A DNA stretch of 64,000 bases from positions 6,498 through 70,497 of the IMG/VR virus record IMGVR_UViG_3300014656_000025; one strand, given 5' to 3'. This document shows, one piece after another, positions 39,690-48,460 of this stretch. Every line of letters starts with the position of its first letter. Position 1 is the stretch's first letter. Below the pieces are notes generated by a model that was not told the origin of the DNA, did not search any database, and saw only the letters and a program-made list of their open reading frames with translations. The translations under genes and the position numbers were made by a program. The stretch comes from a virus (taxonomy: Duplodnaviria > Caudoviricetes).

Positions 39690-40154
39690 CTAGAAAAAAT
39701 CCTCCATGCCTTGCGACAAACTCTCTAGTTTAGAGATTTCCTGACACTTCTCATATATTGCTTGATACAATGTGTTGTCAGACCGCTTGAGCATTGCAAC
39801 GGCGGCATCATCAAGTTTTGGCAACACCACAGCGGATTGCACCACAGCATCTCCCATAATTTCGGCAAATGCTGCCTTATCTCCATCTGGTCCCAGTGCG
39901 GCCATTTGCGCACCAATCAACTTGTAAAGCGCGTTCATATCTACAGATGCAATCTTGAACCACTTGCCAGTTCCAGGCACCTCGAAATCCACCGCGTTTT
40001 CAACGCGGTCCTTCTCCCACTGTTTGACATCATCTACAGTGGCGTACTGTTTTTCTGGTGCGGCAACTTCATCTGGCGTGACTTCTTCTTCGGTGACAAC
40101 CTCAAACTTCACGCCATCTTCTTCTGTGCCTTCCACGTCTTCACTCATCATCAT
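39690..40154 (-). CDS. tail assembly chaperone (G-like)
   Basis: between tail tube and tape measure; ends at the slippery site. Confidence 0.8.
   Translation of the reverse strand: MMMSEDVEGTEEDGVKFEVVTEEEVTPDEVAAPEKQYATVDDVKQWEKDRVENAVDFEVPGTGKWFKIASVDMNALYKLIGAQMAALGPDGDKAAFAEIMGDAVVQSAVVLPKLDDAAVAMLKRSDNTLYQAIYEKCQEISKLESLSQGMEDFF
39693..39699 (-). other. programmed -1 frameshift slippery site T TTT TTC
   Basis: GAT TTT TTC TAG; the -1 frame reads LGQPLMYELC into 39253..39678. Confidence 0.75.
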
Positions 40155-40262
40155 TCTCCCCTACTGTTATTGTTGGAGCCTCGTTGAACACCAGCGTTAC
40201 TTTTTCCTGCATGGGATTATCAATGACATAATCAACATCATCAATCTCTGCACTATAGAATT
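40141..40262 (-). pseudogene. C-terminal fragment of a tail-tube-like small gene split by the IS
   Basis: FYSAEIDDVDYVIDNPMQEKVTLVFNEAPTI resembles the tube C-terminus GMITGSPLTGDNPMTEEVTV..APTI. Confidence 0.55.
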
Positions 40263-40314
40263 ATCTCAAGAAAGCATCACGTGTTAGTGTTATAGATGAA
40301 TCAATTTACGCAGC

Positions 40315-40344
40315 TTGACACCAAGCGTAACTCCGTGATATACT
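40315..40344 (+). promoter_or_regulatory. sigma70-type promoter for tnpB2
   Basis: TTGACA-N18-TATACT with TGn; ATG 9 nt downstream. Confidence 0.6.
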
Positions 40345-40353
40345 GTTTTTATC

Positions 40354-41475
40354 ATGTCGATTATAACATTCAAATACAGATTGTATCCAACTGCTGCTCA
40401 AAGAACGGTAATGCAAAATGTGCTGGATGCCTGCCGTTGGGTTTATAACAAAACACTGAAAACTCGCCATAACGCTTGGAAAAACAATGAACAGTCTCTG
40501 TCGAAATATGATACAAACAAATTCTTGACATGCTGGAAAAAAGAAGAACCGTGGCTTATTAATGCGTATTCTCAGTCTCTTCAGGAAACTCAGGAGCGCG
40601 TGGACTTGGCCTACAAGCACTTCTTCCGTCGAGTGAAAGCGGGAGATAAACCAGGCTATCCTCGTTTTAAGGGTGATTGGTACAAATCTTTTACCTATCC
40701 GCAGAAGGGTTTCAGGCTTGAGGGGCATCGCCTGTTTTTGAGCAAGATAGGAAGCGTGAAAATTGTTGTCCATCGTGCTATTGAGGGCACAATCAAACGA
40801 GTCACTATCAAGCGCAATGCTGTTGGAAATTGGTATGCTTATTTTGTATGTGATATAAATACTGAACCATTGCAGCCAACCAACAATGTCGTTGGCATTG
40901 ATGTAGGTTGTCAGCATTTTGCTACATTCAGCAACGGAGAGCATGTCTCAAATCCTCGCTTTTTCAGGCGTGATGAGAAAGCGTTGGCAAAAGCCCAAAG
41001 ACGTTTGAGCAAAGCGAAGAAAGGAAGCCCAGAACGTCGAAAACACAAGCGTGTCGTGCAACATATTCACGAGCGAATTGCTAATCGACGTGCTGACTTT
41101 GCTCACAAACTGAGTAGGGAAATCGTTGATGAGTACCAATTCATTGCGCTTGAAGACCTTGATATTCAGGATATGCAGAATGGAAATTGGCGTAGTTTGA
41201 ACAAAAGCATCGGAGACGCGGCGTGGTATCAATTGAGAACATTCATTGCGTACAAGGCAGAATGGGCCGGACGCACTGTGGTTCTCGTTGACCCTCGCAA
41301 CACGTCGAAGATGTGCAGTGGCTGTGGAGAAATTGTTGAGAAAAAGTTGTCTGAACGTGTTCATGTTTGTCCTCAGTGCGGCTTAGAAATCGACCGAGAC
41401 CACAATGCTGCGCTGAACATTTTAGCTCTGGGGCTACAGAGCTTGGGCGCAAGCCCTAGAAGCTCCCTGCTTTAG
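40354..41475 (+). CDS. tnpB: TnpB RNA-guided endonuclease (copy 2)
   Basis: YRLYPT, RuvC GIDVG / ALEDL / DRDHNAALN, Zn finger CSGC..CPQC. Confidence 0.95.
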   Translation: MSIITFKYRLYPTAAQRTVMQNVLDACRWVYNKTLKTRHNAWKNNEQSLSKYDTNKFLTCWKKEEPWLINAYSQSLQETQERVDLAYKHFFRRVKAGDKPGYPRFKGDWYKSFTYPQKGFRLEGHRLFLSKIGSVKIVVHRAIEGTIKRVTIKRNAVGNWYAYFVCDINTEPLQPTNNVVGIDVGCQHFATFSNGEHVSNPRFFRRDEKALAKAQRRLSKAKKGSPERRKHKRVVQHIHERIANRRADFAHKLSREIVDEYQFIALEDLDIQDMQNGNWRSLNKSIGDAAWYQLRTFIAYKAEWAGRTVVLVDPRNTSKMCSGCGEIVEKKLSERVHVCPQCGLEIDRDHNAALNILALGLQSLGASPRSSLL

Positions 41476-41491
41476 CGAGGAGAATAGTCAC

Positions 41492-41552
41492 CTCCGTCTT
41501 GTATTATAGTACATGCGATTTGGCACTCAACGTGTCCATAAAGAACACGCAT
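41492..41552 (-). pseudogene. N-terminal fragment of the IS-split small gene
   Basis: ATG at 41552, MRVLYGHVECQIACTIIQDG, runs into the IS right end. Confidence 0.45.
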
Positions 41553-41569
41553 TGTACCCTAACTACAGG

Positions 41570-41959
41570 TTATGTGAAGCCAATTGTCGGTGCGGCACCA
41601 GCACTAACCACGGTAACTTCCTCGGTCATCGGGTTATCACCAGTCAGCGGAGAACCAGTAATCATGCCTGTGCCCAAGAAGTCAAACGTAGTGCAGGATA
41701 CCGATACAACGATTGTGCCACCACTGATACAAGAAGCCATAAAAGCTGGAGCCGTTGCCAAGAGAGCAGTTACACGCATACTCCAATCAAGCACGCCAAA
41801 CTCTCTCTTTTTCCACGAATCTTGTGCAGCGGTGACATCTATCTCGTCAGCAGTTATGTCAAGCGCAAAGTTCTGAAAAACGGCTAAAACATTAGCACCG
41901 TCAACACTCAGGACTTTGACATCTTCTTTGGCCGTCCATCTGCCACTAATTGCAGCCAT
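41570..41959 (-). CDS. major tail (tube) protein
   Basis: 129 aa; ADEIDVT..W..GVLDWS pattern of siphovirus tube proteins; upstream of the chaperones. Confidence 0.75.
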   Translation of the reverse strand: MAAISGRWTAKEDVKVLSVDGANVLAVFQNFALDITADEIDVTAAQDSWKKREFGVLDWSMRVTALLATAPAFMASCISGGTIVVSVSCTTFDFLGTGMITGSPLTGDNPMTEEVTVVSAGAAPTIGFT

Positions 41960-42741
41960 GACAATTCCTCCTCGTGGACAAAGCGCAACATATCACGCCT
42001 GCCCTGGTCCTGTATTGCATCTGGAGCTTTTTGCAGACTAGCGCTTCTGCTGTGTTCAAACGTAATGGGGTTATACCATGCGTCCCATCCCGCTTGCCAA
42101 GCTCTCATACAATACTGTACATCAGAACTATAGAGGAAATATGTCTCATCCAGAAAACCTATGTCTTTTATCATATCTACCCTCAGCGCGACTATTGCGA
42201 ATGTCACCCAAGGACACTTCTGCGGCTCAATATAATCCATCGTATCGTGTACAAAACGAGTAGCGCACAACCCGTCATTTGATACGACAGAGGTATTATC
42301 TGTTACAGGATACAACTTAGGCCACATGAGTAAAATCGGTCTTGGAGTAATCTTACCACCAGTATGAACTATCACACCACTCGGTAAGACTAGCCTCGCA
42401 CCAATGATACCACAATCTTCAACGCTTGCCAAGGGTTCTGTCAATATTTTATCCCATTCTGGCAAACATTTTACATCTGGGTTCACAATGAAGATAAAAT
42501 CATCAACACCCTTGTCCAAAAGATGGCGCAATCCCTGATTGATTCCTGCTGAATAGCCAATGTTCTCGGCATTGCGATGAACAAGCACTCCTGACTTTTC
42601 AAGCAAGTCCGCGCCATCGTCTGTGCTGGCATTATCAATGACGTGTGCAGTGAGTGGTAGCGCAACACTGTCAACCAGACTGTTCCAGTTGCGCCGAATG
42701 TCGTTTGCTGAGTTGAACATCAAGTACAGGAGGCCGTTCAT
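41908..42741 (-). CDS. GT2 glycosyltransferase
   Basis: VIDNASTD, NIGYSAGINQG, VNPDV, FLDETYFLYSSDVQYCMRA. Confidence 0.92.
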   Translation of the reverse strand: MNGLLYLMFNSANDIRRNWNSLVDSVALPLTAHVIDNASTDDGADLLEKSGVLVHRNAENIGYSAGINQGLRHLLDKGVDDFIFIVNPDVKCLPEWDKILTEPLASVEDCGIIGARLVLPSGVIVHTGGKITPRPILLMWPKLYPVTDNTSVVSNDGLCATRFVHDTMDYIEPQKCPWVTFAIVALRVDMIKDIGFLDETYFLYSSDVQYCMRAWQAGWDAWYNPITFEHSRSASLQKAPDAIQDQGRRDMLRFVHEEELSWLQLVADGRPKKMSKS

Positions 42742-42908
42742 CCCTCAAGCAACACCCTACCTTCGGCATCTTGCTTCTGAAGCCGCAGTGTCTTTTTAAC
42801 ACCATCGACCTCAATAGAGATTTCATCGAGACCATGCGTGCCACCAATTAGAGCAAGCATTGCCAACTCATCATCGTCTGGCTCGTGGTCAATTATCAGA
42901 CTGCGCAT
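42738..42908 (-). CDS. small hypothetical protein (not in ORF track)
   Basis: 56 aa MRSLIIDHEPDDDEL..; stop overlaps the GT2 ATG. Confidence 0.45.
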   Translation of the reverse strand: MRSLIIDHEPDDDELAMLALIGGTHGLDEISIEVDGVKKTLRLQKQDAEGRVLLEG

Positions 42909-43986
42909 TATGATACACCTCCATTATTTTTTCCGCAATTACATCTGGCGGGATTGACAACATTGCCTCACACCAAGTCCCTTCACACGGCGGCACACCT
43001 TCCACAGTATTGCACGGGCAGCACTCCATAGGACCCTGTATGTACGAGACTGACGGATAGTATTGTGTGCGCTTTGCACCATCTGTGCGCCCGAATATAG
43101 CGAGCGTGGGCACATCCAACGCACCAGCAATGTGCATAGCTGCCGTATCAACAGTTAGTAGAACATCCACACAATCCATAAAAGCAATAAACATTTCAAG
43201 TGTTGTTAGTATACCACACATATTGTGCATATGTTCTGGTGGTTCCGTTGCATAGTGATTATCGTCCACAAAGAGCATACGGTCTTTTGGTGCGCCCAAT
43301 ATGTAGGTATCACATCCATACTGCTCTGCAAGTCCCACACCAATAATTGCAGCCATCTGTGTAGGCAACGAACGGTAGTGGTCTGCTGAACCTGCTTGTA
43401 ATGCTACTGTAATTCTGTCTGGGGTTACAAATGAATCATCCAAGACGTTGCGAATTGCGTTGTCTACCACCAGGCTTGCTTTTCTCCTTGGTGGTTCTAT
43501 CTGTAGATACCCAGCGAACGTGTCTGACAATTCTTGTTGCACACTCAATCTATCCAATTCAGCGATATTCACCCAAGCATCGTAATACTCAGCAATATCC
43601 CTGCGTATCGGATAATCCCACAGTTGGTCGAACCACGGAAACATAAGCGGAGAATCTGATTGAGCAGACACTACGCCAATTTCTACGTCAGGATACTTGT
43701 GTTTGAAATCCTCCAAGCATGGATTTAGCGAAACAACATCCCCAATCCCACCAGGGAAAAACAGCAGCAATCTTTGCGTTTTACCTGGGACAAAAGGACG
43801 AATAGGCATTTCCTCAAACTGACAAAGCGGGTCAATTATAGCCAGTTTATCTGCAATGATTTTTGTGGCTAAGTAAGGAACCCCCTCGTCAATCAATCCA
43901 AATGCACCGATAACTCCACCTCTTGGTACTGGTGTCCCAAACGCCTGTGATGTCACCATTTGAAACAGCGGTCTTTGTGGAACCAT
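42889..43986 (-). CDS. GT9 (heptosyltransferase-like) glycosyltransferase
   Basis: GGIGDVV..KHKYPDVEI; LLTVDTAAMHIAGALDVPTLAIFG; CCPC..C..AMLSIPP. Confidence 0.88.
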   Translation of the reverse strand: MVPQRPLFQMVTSQAFGTPVPRGGVIGAFGLIDEGVPYLATKIIADKLAIIDPLCQFEEMPIRPFVPGKTQRLLLFFPGGIGDVVSLNPCLEDFKHKYPDVEIGVVSAQSDSPLMFPWFDQLWDYPIRRDIAEYYDAWVNIAELDRLSVQQELSDTFAGYLQIEPPRRKASLVVDNAIRNVLDDSFVTPDRITVALQAGSADHYRSLPTQMAAIIGVGLAEQYGCDTYILGAPKDRMLFVDDNHYATEPPEHMHNMCGILTTLEMFIAFMDCVDVLLTVDTAAMHIAGALDVPTLAIFGRTDGAKRTQYYPSVSYIQGPMECCPCNTVEGVPPCEGTWCEAMLSIPPDVIAEKIMEVYHNAQSDN

Positions 43987-44534
43987 CAGGTCTTCTTTCT
44001 GAACCCAATATTCTGCAATAGTCCCGTCTGAAAAAATCCAAGCAACGTTCTGTAACTACTGGCGAGCCAGTTGCCGAATGGCCGAGGTTTCATTGCTTTT
44101 CCAAGGCCAGACCAACCTTCTCTCAAATATTTAGCAAGCGGTCCTTCTGGAAGTTCTGGTGCATACGGTTTCATCGTAGCGGCGGTTGCTAGATTGTATG
44201 TAACAAGACCACCTTCGTTTGAACGCCTTACGAAAGCCTGCTTGTACATTCCTCCACTACTTCTGCCGCCCAAAAGCTCCTGTGGATTCACTATCTTTGG
44301 GTCCTCTGTGCCCTGCGGCCCATACATGCCATACCCTTTTTCTCTATAATATGCTTGCTGTGCTTTGAGACTATGCCTACCAATTATTAACTGGCGATAC
44401 AAAGCAGCATGAATTACTTCTGTTATATCCACCCCAACATAAGCACCAAATGGATTAGGCGAACGCAATTTCCGTATGCGTTGCTCGTATTTTACAATCA
44501 ACCGTTTCCAGTCAGATAAATCAAGTCTTATCAT
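43986..44534 (-). CDS. neck/tail-completion-like protein
   Basis: basic protein in the head-tail joining block, ending in MKPRPF. Confidence 0.5.
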   Translation of the reverse strand: MIRLDLSDWKRLIVKYEQRIRKLRSPNPFGAYVGVDITEVIHAALYRQLIIGRHSLKAQQAYYREKGYGMYGPQGTEDPKIVNPQELLGGRSSGGMYKQAFVRRSNEGGLVTYNLATAATMKPYAPELPEGPLAKYLREGWSGLGKAMKPRPFGNWLASSYRTLLGFFQTGLLQNIGFRKKT

Positions 44535-44540
44535 GGCGCA

Positions 44541-45050
44541 TTACACCCAAACCGTCTTAGCTGCAAATGTTGTCGAAGCCATAGCGTAGCGAGGATGTAG
44601 CAGTGTGAAGATGTGGGATATGTCAGTGTCACCCTCGTTGCCCATCCATTCAACAGACGAAAGGAACGTCAATCCTATCTTGGTGGCTGCCTCAATGTTG
44701 TCAACTATCTTGCAAAGCATCGCGTGCGCTTCTTCTTTTGGCCGCTCATTATTACCCACCTTCACCACCACATGAATACGACACATAAAAGCGCACACAT
44801 ACTGCTCTCCCTCCAGCGATGGGCCTTGAGGCCAAGCGAGTCTCTCCAAATAGACAGCCGGAAAATCTCCAGTTGGGTCATCTAGGGGCATTGGTGGTGG
44901 CCCCTCAATCTTCTGCTTGAGTGTAAGTGCATAAACAGCACCAGCACCAGGGGTTTCTGTGGTGCTCCAATTACAATAATAGCGAAAACCCGCTGTTGCT
45001 GTAGGGCTACCGATAACTTGGTTTGTTGCTTCGTACAGTGCTGTTGCCAT
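44541..45050 (-). CDS. tail terminator-like protein
   Basis: position plus DFPAVYL..IHVVVK..IVDNIE pattern. Confidence 0.55.
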   Translation of the reverse strand: MATALYEATNQVIGSPTATAGFRYYCNWSTTETPGAGAVYALTLKQKIEGPPPMPLDDPTGDFPAVYLERLAWPQGPSLEGEQYVCAFMCRIHVVVKVGNNERPKEEAHAMLCKIVDNIEAATKIGLTFLSSVEWMGNEGDTDISHIFTLLHPRYAMASTTFAAKTVWV

Positions 45051-45059
45051 TTACACACC

Positions 45060-45395
45060 TCATTGTATCGGCTTGCGCTCGACCTTTACCTGGTAGTGGT
45101 CATTCACCCATGTAATAGGGTTCTTGAACAATCTAGGCGGTTCGACCACAACCCAAACCTCACTCGTAGCATCGTTAGTGAGTTCATCGCCTCGCTCAAT
45201 ATCTGCCCCAGACCCTATGAACAACAGGTCGTCCTGTGTGCCAACAGGCCCCATAAATCCCCACTCGATGTTGGAACTAGCTGGAGCAAATAAGCATGGC
45301 TCGTTGGTAAGAACTGCCACTGGCGTCGTATATGTCTCGTGGTCAGCCCACGCTGCTCTCACTGAGCTACAAGTGTCTGGTGTTGGTGGCCCCAT
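45060..45395 (-). CDS. head-closure-like protein
   Basis: DIERGDEL..WVVV..HYQVKVER; position in the neck block. Confidence 0.6.
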   Translation of the reverse strand: MGPPTPDTCSSVRAAWADHETYTTPVAVLTNEPCLFAPASSNIEWGFMGPVGTQDDLLFIGSGADIERGDELTNDATSEVWVVVEPPRLFKNPITWVNDHYQVKVERKPIQ

Positions 45396-45398
45396 CGC

Positions 45399-46106
45399 CT
45401 AGCTCCTCTGCGCTGTATAACTGTTAGCAAGTCGAATTATCACATTGCCCATATTTTCGTTTGCGTGGCGAACAATCTGTTCACCAACCCTTTGGTCCAC
45501 AGAATAATTCCCTGCCCTCCAACCACCCGACAAAAGTTTTTTGTTACCAATTGATTGCATTGCTGTGTAGAACACTAGGTCTTCAAATAGTTGGTCAGCA
45601 ACTGTGTCTAAATCAGTCAACGCTTTAGCGGTAGCGTAATACACTGCGACTTTATCATCGGCTGTAACTGGATATGGTATCAAGTAGATTTCATCATTTA
45701 TCATCTTCCAGTTACCACCGAAAAACCGACGCAATTGCGCCAACTGCCCGTAGTGAATAAACAGTTGCGATGAATCATCGGCAGGCATATCCTGCAACAG
45801 TATCTCTGTGTACAAATCAGACAGAGACGACAAAGAAGAACTGTAATCAGGATGCCACGCAACCTCAATTACCCACAACGCATCATCAGGTTTTGAATAA
45901 TTAGGTTGGTCAGCCACTGTAGTCAAACACGTCGCACTTGTGGTCAAAATCAGATTGGGGCGATAACTCGAATATACATTCACCGCAGATGTAATCAGTG
46001 TTCCCATATCTACATCACTTACATCATCTGAAGAAATCCCACGCGCACGAACCGTAGCAATCAAAGTGCTTTGTGCAAATGCAGTCATTTTTTCATGCTC
46101 CTCCAT
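45399..46106 (-). CDS. head-tail adaptor / neck protein
   Basis: QPNYSKPDD, IYLIPYP..V.VYY; position in the neck block. Confidence 0.55.
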   Translation of the reverse strand: MEEHEKMTAFAQSTLIATVRARGISSDDVSDVDMGTLITSAVNVYSSYRPNLILTTSATCLTTVADQPNYSKPDDALWVIEVAWHPDYSSSLSSLSDLYTEILLQDMPADDSSQLFIHYGQLAQLRRFFGGNWKMINDEIYLIPYPVTADDKVAVYYATAKALTDLDTVADQLFEDLVFYTAMQSIGNKKLLSGGWRAGNYSVDQRVGEQIVRHANENMGNVIIRLANSYTAQRS

Positions 46107-48307
46107 GTATCAATGATTGCTTTGGTAAACAACGTTGCCATATTTCCAATGGTGAATTGTTTATAGTTACCATTAACGCTAAGTTCTCTATTATATGCCT
46201 GCTTCATCAAAGCCACTAAATGCACAATATCTGGTTCTGCCCACATTGCATTCTTCGTCAGCATGTTCTCTGACCGCACCATCCCGCGAATGTTCAACCC
46301 ATAAATCCCATTGTCATCTATGTAATCAGCAGGCCCAGACCAATTCGTAGTAATCACTGGCGTACCACAAGCGGCTGCTTCTAGTGGAGGCATACAGTTA
46401 TGAACAACGAATTGTCCACAATAAGTCTCGTCATCATCCACATGCAAATTATAAACGCAACCATCGTATTCACGCATGGTTATATCCCTTACGGGCACAT
46501 AAAAATATTGGCAATCTCGAAAATAATGATTGAATGTTCTATTCTTTTTAGAAACATCTCTGCCAGCACCAATTTTACTAAAGAGTTCGTCGGCATAGGG
46601 GCCTTTAAGCCGAACATTGTATTCATCACGTACCCGATATACTTTCCCAATGATTTTTTGATACCTCTTATTTGCCTTACTTCGCATACGCACGGTACCC
46701 AACACCCCTAAGCGAAAAAGCAATTCGGCAACTTGCTGTGATAACAACGGCGATACAGTAGAATATGAATATTCCTCGCCAACACAGCCATCCCCCTCCC
46801 ACAATCCTCGTAAAAGTGCCAACAACAAATGTTGCGGTGTGCTTAACAACACTTCTGGTATTTTCTTATTGACAGCCCCCGCGCCAAACAAAGAACGAAA
46901 AACACCAGCTAATGTTCCGCACTGAAACATCAATGCAGCTCTGTGGCGCGAGTTAATTATTAAACTACCAGTTAGGTTCCATGTTGTATTCATTGTTCGA
47001 CTCACAAAATCTATAAGGCTTGCATCACGACTATCAAATGCAAATTGCACTTCTGTTCTAGTTGAAGACCCTTCTGCAATGTACAAACCAATGAGCCTCA
47101 TTACATCCTCTGTCAACTCCAATTTTGGATGAAATCTTTTTGCTGTTGGGTGGACAAATTTAGCTCCGTGTTGATTTCTGCCATTAGATACCATAAGGCC
47201 TTCGTGCATCATGGCGTTATCACTGGCATGTTCATAAAGGTTTACTTCATTGATTTCCTCAGTGGGAACATAGCGAGGAACCGTTACATAATGTTTATTT
47301 ACAACCAAGTCCTTAGCTTGGGTCCAAGTTAATTCGTATTGGCCTCGAAGAAACATTGGTGTTTTTTTACGTTTTCTAGTAAATTGCATCGTTAGGATTG
47401 GGTGCTCTGGTGTGTAAAAATCAGCATGTTGGCTATAGAAAGGTTTGATTCCAAAAACAGCACCAGTATAACTACGATTAGTAGTGCAAAGAACCTTTTT
47501 CAAATGTCCGTTATGCGTAATAACATTCTCGCCATTTCTTATACTTGCGATTTTCTTTTTTCCGCTGCCTGTCCTAATCATAGTATCTGGCAACGCGCAA
47601 ATTCCCTCACCCCTGCTGGGTTGCACCAAGCAATCAATGTCATGGTAAAATTCCGCCAACCGCTCACGCTCCCAATCATCATCTACAATACTAATCCTAT
47701 CATCATTAACTTCTGGCAACCACCGCGTATCCCTAGTTTTGATTGTCAGCGTTACATCGTCCTTGTTGGGAAAAGCAGCCACAAAAGCCCGCACCAACAA
47801 ATCAACGCCCTTCCTCTTAGACATCACACCAACCGAACCAAACTGAAAAGTTCCGCGCTGATTTCTTGGCCTGCCTACAATCCGTTTGAACAATTTCTCG
47901 TCATACCCAAACGGAATAATCCGTATCCTTCGATTGTACTTACCAAAAGTATTTGCGCAATGTGTAGAAGGCACCCAAACCTCATCAGCCTTACTCACAG
48001 GACTGCGCCAAGCCTCAGGCACATCATCAGTCTCGTACATCGTATAGATTATCTTATATTGCGTTTGCAGCGACCCCAGCCCTGGCGGAAAGCCAAACAA
48101 AACACCCAACCACTTCAACCTCGGCACGGGCACAATCATGTCTTTAATATCTTGTGCCACATAATCAGGCACACTATTATGTGCCGCCAAAATTTCCAAC
48201 ACTAACCTCTTATCCTCGCGCAGCCTCCGCACTAACTCAATGGCACCCTGTGCATATCCCGTGTACTTAGCAACAGGAATTCTCAAGCGTAAAGGAACTC
48301 TACCCAC
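46085..48307 (-). CDS. GT4 glycosyltransferase interrupted by an intein
   Basis: YTMYETD, ADEVWVPS; spliced SRGEGI-CMPPLEAAACGTPVI. Confidence 0.9.
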   Translation of the reverse strand: MGRVPLRLRIPVAKYTGYAQGAIELVRRLREDKRLVLEILAAHNSVPDYVAQDIKDMIVPVPRLKWLGVLFGFPPGLGSLQTQYKIIYTMYETDDVPEAWRSPVSKADEVWVPSTHCANTFGKYNRRIRIIPFGYDEKLFKRIVGRPRNQRGTFQFGSVGVMSKRKGVDLLVRAFVAAFPNKDDVTLTIKTRDTRWLPEVNDDRISIVDDDWERERLAEFYHDIDCLVQPSRGEGICALPDTMIRTGSGKKKIASIRNGENVITHNGHLKKVLCTTNRSYTGAVFGIKPFYSQHADFYTPEHPILTMQFTRKRKKTPMFLRGQYELTWTQAKDLVVNKHYVTVPRYVPTEEINEVNLYEHASDNAMMHEGLMVSNGRNQHGAKFVHPTAKRFHPKLELTEDVMRLIGLYIAEGSSTRTEVQFAFDSRDASLIDFVSRTMNTTWNLTGSLIINSRHRAALMFQCGTLAGVFRSLFGAGAVNKKIPEVLLSTPQHLLLALLRGLWEGDGCVGEEYSYSTVSPLLSQQVAELLFRLGVLGTVRMRSKANKRYQKIIGKVYRVRDEYNVRLKGPYADELFSKIGAGRDVSKKNRTFNHYFRDCQYFYVPVRDITMREYDGCVYNLHVDDDETYCGQFVVHNCMPPLEAAACGTPVITTNWSGPADYIDDNGIYGLNIRGMVRSENMLTKNAMWAEPDIVHLVALMKQAYNRELSVNGNYKQFTIGNMATLFTKAIIDTWRSMKK
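46397..47599 (-). mobile_element. 401-aa intein with LAGLIDADG homing endonuclease
   Basis: N-terminal CALPDT, block B TPEHP, LIGLYIAEG and LLRGLWEGDG, C-terminal VVHN followed by Cys+1. Confidence 0.95.
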
Positions 48308-48348
48308 AAAACGCCCTCATTTCTCCATAAATGCCAACACTTTGTCTT

Positions 48349-48377
48349 ATTTTACCATGCAAGTAGAAAAAAAGCAA
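48349..48377 (-). promoter_or_regulatory. possible promoter for the GT4/neck/tail operon
   Basis: TTGCTT-N17-TAAAAT with TGn. Confidence 0.5.
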
Positions 48378-48404
48378 TAGATGTCAACCACTACACCAGA
48401 AGGC

Positions 48405-48437
48405 AAAAAAAGAGGCGAGGGATTTCTCCCTCACCTC
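48405..48437 (-). terminator. intrinsic terminator after the capsid gene
   Basis: GAGGTGAGGGA-GAAA-TCCCTCGCCTC followed by T7. Confidence 0.85.
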
Positions 48438-48460
48438 GATACTCCAGTGGCAGACTACTA

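Larger units (their letters stand above)
40263..41491 (+). mobile_element. IS200/IS605-family element, tnpB only (copy 2)
   Basis: right end GAAG-CTCCCTGC-TTTA-GCGAGGAG-AATAG-TCAC ending at 41491; upstream region homologous to copy 1; left boundary approximate. Confidence 0.85.

Noticed and set aside
40315-40319. TTGAC as the TAM marking the left end of TnpB2
   Set aside because: The same TTGAC and its surroundings are conserved inside copy 1 as the -35 box, so it is internal to the element; the TAM cannot be determined here
40263-40320. In-frame TAA codons upstream of the tube-like fragment suggesting stop-codon recoding
   Set aside because: They fall in sequence homologous to the TnpB1 upstream region, so they belong to the IS; many genes in the window end normally in TAA, TAG or TGA
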